Source: Macrostomum lignano (Eukaryota). From it: a stretch of DNA of 64,000 nt. The stretch spans positions 1-64,000 of the forward strand of contig NIVC01000030.1 of NCBI GenBank assembly GCA_002269645.1. The letters are read 5' to 3'. Positions within the stretch are counted from its first letter, which is position 1, and every line of letters begins with the position of its first letter. The notes beneath the pieces are model-generated. The model had not been told where the DNA came from. It did no database searches and was given only the letters and a program-made list of their open reading frames with translations. A program made the position numbers and the translations under genes. Shown piece by piece: positions 33,972-45,828 of this stretch.

Positions 33972-36309
33972 TAACTATCATCTATTTTTCTAGTTTTGGT
34001 TTATGATCACCTTATATTCTGCTTATTGCAATGCAAAAATGGCATATTCAAAACTAAGACATAAAAACCAACAGTAGTTTCAAATGAAAAGAAAGCAAAA
34101 GTTTGCTGATCAACTAACTTTGTTTATTTGAAATTGAAAAGATTTGTACATCTTCACTAGTTTAGCTTATAATATCACCTTTGGTTTACGATCATTTAAA
34201 GCTGACTGTAGGAAAGCATGTCAATGCTAGCTTAGTATAATTAATCTTCAGTGCCATACCCCCCTCACTTTCAGTTTACGATCACTTCTACACATACACT
34301 CCATTGAAATGATCATAAACCAAAGCTGGCTGTAGGAAAGCATGTCAACCCTTGGCCTTAGTATACTTTATTATGGCCAGCTTCAGTTCACAATCATTTT
34401 GGGCAACATATGTTTGGGTGATCGTAAACTAAAGGTGAAATATAAGGTGGTACGACAATCTTACCATCTTTTGAAATAAACAAAGTCAGTTCGCCAACAT
34501 TTGATTTTGTTTCATTAGAAACTATGGATTTTATGTCCTACAACTGTTTTTTGTGGTGATTGTCACTGTTTAAGGTGATTGTCACTATTTAAGATTGTCA
34601 CTATTTGGGGTGATTGTAAACCAAAGGAATGCCTAATCTTTAATCTTTATTTTCTATATTAGTCTTATATCTATAATGGTTGTATTTCTGATCAAATGGT
34701 GCAAGTTTGAACAAAATTGGTTGAGCCATTTGGGAGATAATCGATTGCGCATAAGCACACATACAAACAACTCATTTTTAGTATATGGATCTATAATGGT
34801 TGTATATATAACCTAGGCTCTAAATACAAGTACCTAGCAATGTTGAGCAAAGTTCTAGCATTTTTGACGTAGTAGTGGAAGTTACTTTTTTTAAAGTGGC
34901 ATTTTTCTGGTTGTTTTTTAAAATGCTAGACTAATGCTAGGTAATGGAAGTGAGACAATCCTCTAGTTTTGCAGATTTAATTATTCTTTTGAATTTAACA
35001 ACTTTTAAACAAAGTTAGCAATAGTAATAATAGTTAGTTAGTAAATAATAGTTAGCAAGTTTGTTATATCACATTTGGTTGCACCAAACAGAAAAATATA
35101 TTGCCAAAGGTATTACCTAGGTGGCTACAGCACCATAGAAACTTGTTTAGATGGGTATTGAATAGGGCCTTAGATGCACTATGCATGTAACAGTAAATGG
35201 TAATATAAGTAAATAAAAGTTTATTACAAATAACAATTTTGTTAGTTTGTGGTTACATTTGTAAGACAGAAAACAGATAGGGAAGCAACCTAGAGCAACC
35301 TAGCAGCAAAAAAGTTTAAACTTAACATAATACTCTGCAACATTGAGAAGTAGCCATCACAGAAGATTCCATCTGTGGCTGCAACTTTTGAGAGTACAAG
35401 TAAATTTGGTCTTTGCAAGTGACACAACTAACTATGCAACTTAACATTGCATACTTATGCTGAGGAATGAAGTAGGGAAGCCGTGTGCAAAGGCTAGACA
35501 GATTAAAGCTACCTTCAGTTTTCTTGTATCGTTAGTTTCAGGATAGTAAATAGTACAAGAGAAATTACTCACTGGCGCATAGAGTGGCAACTTTTCAATG
35601 TTGCTGCATGAGTATTTGAGTATCGGTAATATACCCAAAAGATGAATAAAAATGATATCATATCCATTTTTACATAGTACAAGAGTACATAAAATAGTAA
35701 ATAGCAAAATTAATATAGTATATCAACCAGCTCATAGGATCAATATCAGTGGGAATGTTAAATAATGGCCACTTTGAGAGGTGACATTGGCACAATTCAT
35801 GTCATTTCTTATACTGGTTGTGTTGTACATACAAAGAAATCGCCTTATCATGTTCAAAATCTATTATTATAGGCACAGCAAAAGAAACAGTAAAATCAGC
35901 AGGAATATAGATAAAATGCCCCTTAAGTAGATTAGCATTTATAGTAACAAAAAACTAGGAGTCAATGTGTAAATAGGACACATTCAGCTTACAATGGCTA
36001 CTACATTGGGAACTACATTGTATTTCACTGAAGCCTGCACGCTAACAAAAGTATTGCACATTGTTAAAGGCAAAGCACTCACAATAGTAGTTTCCCTTGT
36101 GGCAGATGATACTGTTGATCCGTAAGAACATTCTCTGACTACAAAGTTGAGCCACAGCTAAGTAGTTAGCATTTTTTTATATGCTTGTCAGCACGCAGTG
36201 TCATAAAGGTGTTACCATTTACAAATATTTGATGTTGATGGTCACTTTCAGAAGTCCTTGATGCACCAAGATTTGGATTCAAGCCAGCACTATCTCTAGT
36301 TTTCTGCTT

Positions 36310-36900
36310 TCATTGAAGAAAATTTCTTATCATAATTGCTACCTCATTTCTCGTCCCATGAATCTTAGAGACCAAACGCCCAAAAAAGCTTTCAAATAAA
36401 GCTGCTGAGGTATACCACAAAGGTCCATAGGCCTTCACTTGCGATGGAAGATGCTCCAGGGCATGAATTGACATTGTGCAAGACTCTGCACCAAACCATG
36501 CAGCAAGAGTAGCTTGAAAACAATAAATCATGCACTCCATTAATGGCAGTTGATCGCGCTGAACATAGTCAGATGATAGTAAATAAGTTGCCATTAAAAT
36601 GAGAGACAACAAAACAGAAGCTGTTTTGAAGCACCCAAGATGAGCAATAGTGGAACAATAAAATACAGAAGTGCATTCTTGAGTTCACTCGCTTTCCAGT
36701 GTGCAAGATCATAGAGAGTTCTAGGTTTTCTAGTAAAATGTTGAGGCACCTTAATATTTACGAGCTTAGCAGACACAGCAGTCCTATCTAGCAACTTTTT
36801 CCTGATTCCAAAGTAGATCATTTTGCTGCAAACATTAATGTACACCAAGTGCATTACATCAAGTGGGGCTCTTTCTGGAACTCTGAGCAGCTCAGAAAGT
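36310..36900 (-). pseudogene. CACTA/EnSpm-type transposase, C-terminal part, frameshifted
   Basis: GVKGETLL..PLDVMHLVY; RKPRTL..HWKASELKNALLY; HALEHL..VKAYGPLWYTSAALFESFFGRL motifs. Confidence 0.8.
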
Positions 36901-37349
36901 AGTGTCTCACCTTTGACACCTAAATGGCCTTCCTGGTGAAAGGTTATAATAATTCATATCATTCGGCATTAAATATGTCTCCTCAACAAGCCTATAACAA
37001 TCTTGAAAAAGTTAAAGTTACTTTTGGAGAATTTGAAAAAAAGAAAAAGAAGCCATCCAACTCAAGTGGATAAAGTTTTAGTTCATTTCCGCCATCGTAT
37101 TTTAGGTAAACTTCATCAATTATTCCATTCAGTATATGCTGTTTTATTATCTCTGAATTTTTAGCAACAGTCTCAAAAGTATCATTAACAGAAAACTTGT
37201 AAACAGGGTTCATTTTTTAGTAACAAAAAAACGCTCTTTTCAGACCCTTTGCACCTGCAGCATGGGCGGCAGGTTAGAGAGAGTTTGTGTGTGATTGGAA
37301 GTGTTTGAAGTGTTATGGGAGATGGAAGTGTTGGGGTGTATCTTAATGT

Positions 37350-37608
37350 AGTAGTATGTAAAAGTACATTTATAGGACTGTGCACCTATCAAACATTTGA
37401 AGGGCTGGAGGGGGATACGAGGGGGAGGATTTTGTTAAGCAAACTAAATTGGCTATGTTAATTGTGTTTTTGGTTTTTCCCGATTGTTGTGGGTGATTGG
37501 ATGTGTTTATTTGTGTTTTTTATCCCCCCTCGTATCCCCTCTCTAGCCCTTCAAATGTGCTGTTTGATAGGAGGCATCTGTCCTAGAAGCGTACTTTTAC
37601 ATACTACT
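37350..37608. mobile_element. Small MITE/foldback with ~80-bp imperfect TIRs
   Basis: AGTAGTATGTAAAAGTAC...GAAGGGCTGGAGGGGGATACGAGGGGG is mirrored at ~37522-37608. Confidence 0.65.
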
Positions 37609-38340
37609 GTTGCCCAAAAATAAGATAAATAAATGATAGCACAACTCTTGGTTAATTATTAAAAAAACTAGGCATAACTAACTATAATGAATTTTAAATT
37701 CTGCATAAAGAAACAATGAATGATGAATTTATTTTTAGAGATATTTTCTATATCCTAATAATAAATAAATTTATAAGCAACAGTTACAAAAATATGTTAA
37801 ATGTCATATGGCTAATTGAAAATACATTTAATTTCTAGCACCTCAATGGAAAGAATAAATAAGCAACAGTTACAAAAAGATGTTAATAGTTCAAATTCCC
37901 ACCTCTACTAAATGCTAGAATACACTAGTGTCATATTGAGTATAGTAGGATATAATTACTATACCACTTTTATTTATGGACCTAAAATTTTAGACAGGCA
38001 CTTATGACTATGGTCTATCTAACCTATTTAGCTACTATACACTATCTAAATGGACATTGCATCTGTCCACTTATCAGGCAAATAGAAAAACTATTTAGTA
38101 AAAAATATACTAAGTATAAAAACTTAGTGTCAGTGTCAAGTAAAAGAGAATGTCAACTCAACTGTTAGTGGTAATGCAACCAAAAACAGATAAGGTGTTT
38201 TACTTAGCATTTTCATTATTCTTTTGACAATTGATTCCTCGGCAAATTGAAAATGACAGGTTCAATGTTTTCAGTAGCTTGGTTGCTCCACTGACATTAC
38301 CAGAAAACTGCTTGCTAGATTCTATAGCTTTCCAAAGCTT

Positions 38341-39039
38341 TCAAGTTTCACTAACATATGATTCTTGAGCTTTTAGCATCTTGCCATTTAGCTGAATAGA
38401 CTTAGCTAGCTTATTGTTTAGCTCTTTCAGTTGAAAGACAACTGCACTTTGTACTTCAGGTTGATCATTTTCCTCATTGCCAAACTGAACTGAACTAGGT
38501 TCAATGTCCAATTCACTTCCTTCTTCCTCACTACTAGCATTATCTTGATTCTCATGGCTTGCACCAATAGTATTAGCATTAGCACCATTAGCACTTGCTA
38601 CATAGCTACTATCCAAAGCGCTAGAACTAGCCAAATCATCATTGGCATCACTGTGATCTAGTAAGGCCAAAAGTTCAACTACAGAATTGTCATTTCTTAA
38701 GTTAAGTTGGCTTTCCAGCCTTCCTTTCGCTTTAATTAACTTAGACTCTTTAACACTAGCAGCAACCACATGGCCAGAAAAGTTGTTAGTAAGTCTAATA
38801 ATAGACTTTAGTTCCAGCTTTCTAAGATCAGTACTTCTTAAGTTGGCTGGCAAAAGGCTTGAAGCTGAAGATATGGCAGAATATGTCTTATCTTCAGGAA
38901 AATATAGTAGCACAAATGTAACAATTGACTGAGTTGCAATTTGGCTATCAGTTGGTCTTTTTGATTGCTGGGATTGCATTGGGTTAAAATCTGAAAATTT
39001 GAATGAAGTTAATAATAATAAATATATTAATTTAAACAA
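38341..39039 (-). CDS. Hypothetical 232-aa ORF, possibly the accessory gene of the CACTA element
   Basis: Long ORF in an AT-rich region, same strand and upstream of the transposase; acidic middle and coiled-coil-like end. Confidence 0.4.
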   Translation of the reverse strand: MFKLIYLLLLTSFKFSDFNPMQSQQSKRPTDSQIATQSIVTFVLLYFPEDKTYSAISSASSLLPANLRSTDLRKLELKSIIRLTNNFSGHVVAASVKESKLIKAKGRLESQLNLRNDNSVVELLALLDHSDANDDLASSSALDSSYVASANGANANTIGASHENQDNASSEEEGSELDIEPSSVQFGNEENDQPEVQSAVVFQLKELNNKLAKSIQLNGKMLKAQESYVSET

Positions 39040-39441
39040 TTGTCACTTTTAGATTAGGCCTAATGTCTCTGTTTTAAAGTCTTAAAGATTTGTTCTGGAA
39101 AACCTATATAAAATAGTTAAAGTAAATAGAGAAATATATATATTGCCATTTTAAATACAGTTGAAAAGAAATACAAATATCTATTGTATTTTGTACATGT
39201 AAAACAGACAAGTTTATTATAAATACTAATAGCAATACATGCAAGATGTAGTTTTGATCAAAATTTAAAAATGTGACAAATCTATTTTAATATTGATTTC
39301 TTGAGTCATATACTTGCTAAATTAGGGCTCATTTCCTATACTATTGTGTCTAATTCTAATGTATTCTAAGTTCTTGAACAAAATATTATATACTTATAAA
39401 ATTATTAAAAACATTTTTACTTTAAAATTTCACTTTAATAG

Positions 39442-42400
39442 CTATCTGGAAGAAATGTTGAAGTCTTCAAAGAGCCACGCGGTGTTATTCGAATAATTCA
39501 ATTTGTAAGTTCCCTGCATTTATTTTTTGATTGTGAAATACTATGTAATTGATTTTGTAATTTGTAATTGAATTGAGAAGACACAAAGACACATAAGGGC
39601 ACACCAAGACACACCATGGCACACCAAGATACATCAGGACACCAAGACACACCAAGACACATCAGGAAATAAGGACACACCAAGACACACCGGGACGCAA
39701 CAGGACACATCAGGACACATCAGGACACAACAGGACATATCAGGACACATCATGGCACACCAAGATACATCAGGACACAACAGGACACATCAGGACACAA
39801 CAAAACACATCAGGACACAACAAGACATCTGACATCAGGACACATAAGGACACATCAGGACATAAGGACACACCAAGACACACCAGGACACAACAGGACA
39901 CAGGACACATCAAGACACATCAGGACACATCGGAAGACATCAGGACACATCAGGACACATCAAGACACAACAGGACACATCAGGACACAACAAAACACAT
40001 CAGGACACAACAAGACATCTGACATCAGGACACATCAAGACACAACAGGACACATCAGGACACAACAAAACACATCAGGACACAACAAGACATCTGACAT
40101 CAGGACACATCAAGACACAACAGGACACATCGGAAGACATCAGGACACATCAGGACACATCAATACACAACAGGACACATCAGGACACAACAAAACACAT
40201 CAGGACACAACAAGACATCTGACATCAGGACACATCAAGACACAACAGGACACATCAGGACACAACAAAACACATCAGGACACAACAAGACATCTGACAT
40301 CAGGACACATCAGGACATAAGGAAACACCAAGACACACCAGGACACAACAGGACACAGGACACATCAAGACACATCAGGACACATCGGAAGACATCAGGA
40401 CACATCAGGACACATCAAGACACAACAGGACACATCAGGACACAACAAAACACATCAGGACACAACAAGACATCTGACATCAGGACACATAAGGACACAT
40501 CAGGACATAAGGACACAACAGGACACACCAGGACACAACAAGACATCTGACATCAGGACACATCAAGACACAACAGGACACATCAGGACACAACAAAACA
40601 CATCAGGACACAACAAGACATCTGACATCAGTACACATAAGGACACATCAGGACATAAGGACACAACAGGACACACCAGGACACAACAAGACATCTGACA
40701 TCAGGACACATAAGGACACATCAGGACATAAGGACACAACAGGACACACCAGGACACAACAAGACATCTGACATCAGGACACATAAGGACACATCAGGAC
40801 ATAAGGACACAACAGGACACACCAGGACACAACAAGACATCTGACATCAGGACACATCAAGACACAACAGGACACATCAGGACACAACAAAACACATCAG
40901 GACACAACAAGACATCTGACATCAGGACACATAAGGACACATCAGGACATAAGGACACACCAAGACACACCAGGACACCATTTAAATATATATGAATATT
41001 CCCGCAGCTGTTTGCAATCTTGGCATTTGCCACCACCGCGGGCTACAGCTCGACACTAAAGTTTAACTACACGTGCAAATATAATTCAAATATTAAAGGC
41101 AGCGTGTCTGTGCAGATCGCTTATCCATTTCATATGGAGAGCCAGTCAAAGGTGACGCCGTTTTGCACAGACGCTTTGACGACGTTAGCACCGTCTGGTG
41201 ACTACTATCCATATGGCAGTTATTCATCCTCTGCTCAGTTCTATGTATTTGTCGGCGTTATGGCTTTTCTATACACTATCGGCATCACTGTGCTATACGT
41301 GTTTTTCGACAATGTTTACCGCGACAATGATAGAGTGCCGCAGATTGTAAGTTTGACGTTTGATAAGGCTTCTTGTTGAGAGTTGCTTGATTGTGCTGGA
41401 AGTACAGGTGGGAAAACAACTGATGCGGGAGAGACACAAGGACAGATATGAAAGATAAGGACAAATTTTGAAAGACACAAGGACAGTCAACAGACACAAA
41501 TACAGATGGGAAAGACACAAATACATATGAAAAATGGTAGAGACACAAGGAAAAGAGTTAAGAAAAGACGGAGAAGGGTAGAGACGCAGGGGAGAAGGGT
41601 AGATACGCAGGGGAGAAGGGTAGATACGCAGGAGAGAAGGGTAGAGACGCAGGGGAGAAGGGTAGTTACGCAGGGGAGAAGGGTAGAGACGCAGGGGAGA
41701 AGGGTAGATACGCAGGGGAGAAGGGTAGAGACGCAGGGGAGAAGGGTAGAGACGCAGGGGAGAAGGGTAGAGACGCAGGGGAGAAGGGTAGAGACGCAGG
41801 GGAGAAGGGTAGAGACGCAGGGGAGAAGGGTAGAGACGCAGGGGAGAAGGGTAGAGACGCAGGGGAGAAGGGTAGAGACGCAGGGGAGAAGGGTAGAGAC
41901 ATGGGAAAGGGTAGAGACAGGGGAAAGGGTAGAGACAGGGGAAAGGGTAGAGACAGGGGAAAGGGTAGAGACAGGGGAAAGGGTAGAGACAGGGGAAAGG
42001 GTAGAGACAGAAGAAAGGGTAGAGACAGGGGAAAAGGTAGAGACACGGGAAAGGGTAGAGACAGGGTAAAAGGGTAGAGACAGGGTAAAAGGGTAGAGAC
42101 AGGGGAAAGGGTAGAGACAGAAGAAAGGGTAGAGACACGGGAAAGGGTAGAGACATGGGAAAGGGTAGAGACAGGGGAAAGGGTAGAGACAGGGTAAAAG
42201 GGTAGAGACAGGGGAAAGGGTAGAGACAGAAGAAAGGGTAGAGACAGGGGAAAGGGTAGAGACACGGGAAAGGGTAGAGACACGGGAAAGGGTAGAGACA
42301 CGGGAAAGGGTAGAGACACGGGAAAGGGTAGAGACAGGGGAAAGGGTAGAGACATGGGAAAGGGTAGAGACAGGGGAAAGGGTAGAGACACGGGAAAGGG

Positions 42401-43806
42401 TAGAGACATGGGAAAGGGTAGAGACAGGGGAAAGGGTAGAGACACGGAATAGAGTCGAAACACAAGAAAAAGGGTAGAGACACAGTGAGAAGGTTACGGA
42501 CACAAAGAAAAGGAAGAGAAACAAGGTAAATTGGCACAGAGTAAACGTTAAAACTTAACGGCCACAGAAAGGAGATGATCGAGTCAGCTGATACTGACGC
42601 ATTACAAAAACTAACTGTCATGAATCGAACAGGACTTCATCGTGACTGCCATCTGGTCAATACTGTGGTTCATCGCCTCCATTGCCTGGTCGGTCAGTGT
42701 CAGCTTTCTTAAACTGGAGACCTACAGTAGCCGGCTGTTCCACCAGATCACCGCCTGTCTGCCCGACTACCGGGGCACCGCCGAATGCAATAATATTGAA
42801 GAGTTTGCCTATACTGGTCTTAATATCTCACTGGTTAGTTGGATATGCCATTGTTGTTTGCTATGGGGATGCTGATTTCAGAATCAGATTATCCCAAATG
42901 AGATTCAGATTATCCCCATGAGATTCAGATTATCCCCATGAGATTCGGATTATCCCCATGAGATTCAGATATTCCTCATGGGATTCAGATTATCTTCATG
43001 AGATTCAGATTATCTCAAATGAGATTCAGACTATCCCCATGAGATTCAGATATTCCTCATGGGATTCAGATTATCTTCATGAGATTCAGATTATCTCAAA
43101 TGAGATTCAGACTATCCCCATGAGATTCAGATATTCCTCATGGGATTCAGATTATCTTCATGAGATTCAGATTATCTCAAATGAGATTCAGATTATCCCC
43201 ATGAGATTCAGATATTCCTCATGGGATTCAGATTATCTTCATGAGATTCAGATTATCTCAAATGAGATTCAGATTATCCACATGGGATTCAGATATTCCT
43301 CATGGGATTCAGATTATCTTCATGAGATTCAGATTATCTCAAATGAGATTCAGATTATCCACATGGGATTCAGATATTCCTCATGAGATTCAGATTATCC
43401 CCATGAGATTCAGATTTTCTCCAAGAGATTCGTATTATCCCCATGAGATTCAGATTATCCCAAATGAGATTCGGATTATCCCAAATCCCTATGAGATTCA
43501 GATTCAGTCCCTATGAGATTCAGATTAAGTCCCTATGAGATTCAGATTAAGTCCCTATGAGATTCAGATTAAGTCCCCTTGAGATTCATATTATGTGAGA
43601 AACTTGAGTCCTTTTTTAATTCTATTTTTCTTTATTGCATGCAGATCTGTGGCTACGCCAACGTATTCCTGTGGGCCAGCAGCCTTTGGTTCCTATTCAA
43701 AGAGACCAGCTGGTTCAAGAGCATGCACCCGGAGCAGGCCTACGGCGGCGACTGGTACACAGGAGATAATAAAAATGTTGTGGAGACTGGCGCTGGCATA
43801 CCGTGA
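39442..43806 (+). CDS. SYP: Synaptophysin/synaptoporin-like MARVEL protein; exons 39442-39504, 41008-41346, 42633-42833, 43645-43806; start exon not found
   Basis: VFKEPRGVIRIIQF|LFAILAFAT..YSSSAQFYVFVGVMAFLY..|DFIVTAIWSILWFIASIAW..|ICGYANVFLWASSLWFLFKETSW; all introns phase 0 GT-AG. Confidence 0.9.
39580..40978. repeat. Intronic low-complexity tandem repeat of ~10-bp CAGGACACAT units with higher-order blocks
   Basis: Directly visible. Confidence 0.93.
41572..42450. repeat. Intronic purine-rich 21-bp, then 18-bp, tandem repeats (GGGAAAGGGTAGAGAC core)
   Basis: Accounts for ORFs 41293-42621, 41487-42524 and 41666-42463. Confidence 0.95.
42885..43580. repeat. Intronic ~20-bp repeat (ATGAGATTCAGATTATCCCC) with 81-bp higher-order period
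   Basis: The 27-aa periodicity of ORF 42958-43386 reflects the 81-bp superunit. Confidence 0.93.
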
Positions 43807-45039
43807 TTTTGATTTACGTCAAAATGTGTTATTATGCCTCCTGCTTACTACTCATATTAAGTATGCTACTTTAAGTAGGATTGATGATTTTTACAATTTA
43901 AAATTATAAAATTCTTTAAAATATTTACTTCATTCTTCTTAAATTAAACAGCCTAATGAACTGACCGAAATTACACCTGACAGCAATTACACCTGACAGC
44001 AATTACACCTGACAGTAATTACAGCTGACAGCAATTACGTCTTGTTATCTTATGAGATTAATCGGTTTTTGAGTCATTTTTACTAATCTGTGAACTTATT
44101 ACGTTGTTTAGTTGAATAGAAAATTGAAATAATTTAATTTTATCTTCTATGTATTGTATTCCAGAGTTAAGCATATAAATAGTCATTTGTTTAATATTTT
44201 CCATTGTAAGTTTACAACACGTTGCTTTTTGTTTTACTAATAAGTATCTCTTTGCAGTGCAATTTGTTAATCTAGTCAGTTATATAATTTTAATTTACAG
44301 ATTTTCAAAAAACTCAAACAGCTTGCAAACGTTTTTTTTTTGCTTTTCAGTTTTCTTACAATAAAACCAAATGAACACTGATTTATGTCTTTAATTCATT
44401 TTTCTCTGTCTGGTCATGGCGATAGTAGTTTATAGATGTTTTTCCCCTCTAATCATTTTTGATTGCGTGAAACTGTTCTCTGGCAGTAAAATTAAAAAAC
44501 TTTATCTAATCAACGTTATGTGTGTTTATATTATAAAAATCGGTGTACTTTATTTACTTTATTTATACTTATTGTCGGTAGCTGGTGTACTGTGTTATAA
44601 GCATTAATACTGATATTTTAGTACTTTAAGACGTGCTTCTATGCAAATTATCACTACATATTTAACGGCTTGTTAACAAGTTTTGATATTCAGTGTTCCT
44701 GCAGTTTTTATATCCTAAACAGATATGTTCATGCACAGACCACTTAGCACGATATTAATAGCTATATAATGTTGAAATTAATGCCTACTAATATTTATTT
44801 ATTAGCAGTGTTATTGAATGATCAATGATGCTTTAGTGTTATGAAACATTTCTATTATTCAGAAAGACTTCATTTTTGTTGGTTTTTCTTTTTTAATTCA
44901 ATTTTCTGTAGCCTTGATCAAGTTTATAAGCTTAGGTGTTCAGTAGGCAAGTTAGTGCATAGACCAGGGTTCTTTCTTTATTCATTTTTTTACTTACGAG
45001 TAAGGGCTAGAGGCTAGGAGTAGAATCTGGAACAATACT

Positions 45040-45560
45040 GCTGGCCAGAGAAAGAGAGAAGATCGGAGAAAGGGGAAAGGACAGGAGAGGAGCAAGGGAA
45101 GATAGGAGATAAGAGGAGAAAGTAGGTGAGCGAGGGGAGAGATGAGAGGAAAGGAGAGACTAGAGATAAGATAAGAGGAGAAGCGAGAGATAAGAGAGGA
45201 GAGGGGAGAGAAGGTGAGATAGAGGAGAGGTTAGATGAGGTGAGAGAGGATAGGGGAGACGAGATGAGAGAGAGAAGAGGGGACGGGAGGTGAGAGAGAA
45301 GATGGGAGAGAAAAGATGGGAGAGGACGAGAATGAGGTGAAATAGAGTAGAGGGGAGACGAGAAATAAAAGGGGAGATTAGAGATGAGAGATGAAAAAAG
45401 ACGAGAGGGGAGAGAGGAAAGGGAAGAGAGTGGAGATACCCAGGAGAGTGGAAAAGAGGTGAGAATGCAGAGATGAGAGGAGGGAGATAGTGGAGGGGGA
45501 GAGGAGAGGAAGGAAGTAAGATAAGAAAGAAAAAACGGAAAAATACAAGAAAGCTAAGAA
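45040..45560. repeat. GA-rich polypurine low-complexity tract
   Basis: Almost all A/G for ~500 nt. Confidence 0.85.
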
Positions 45561-45828
45561 GAAACATAAACATTGAGCGGTCCGAATTGCTATTGTGAAG
45601 TTTCAAAGGACCCGAGGGTCGGATAGAGAGGCTTCACGGGCTGAAGCGGACAGTGCATTAGTAAAGGTGTTATATGTCTGTTTGAGTACACTTTGATGAA
45701 ATTAAAAATTTCGCTTTAATTTTTCTGCATGGTTCAGGTGTACAGGTGATAGTACATTTGGATTCTACTGAAGAAAAGATTTCTTTAAAGATGAATAGAT
45801 TTTTCTTTTCGAAATTATCTAATCGTTG

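Noticed and set aside
41293-42621. ORFs of 187-442 aa
   Set aside because: Satellite inside synaptophysin intron
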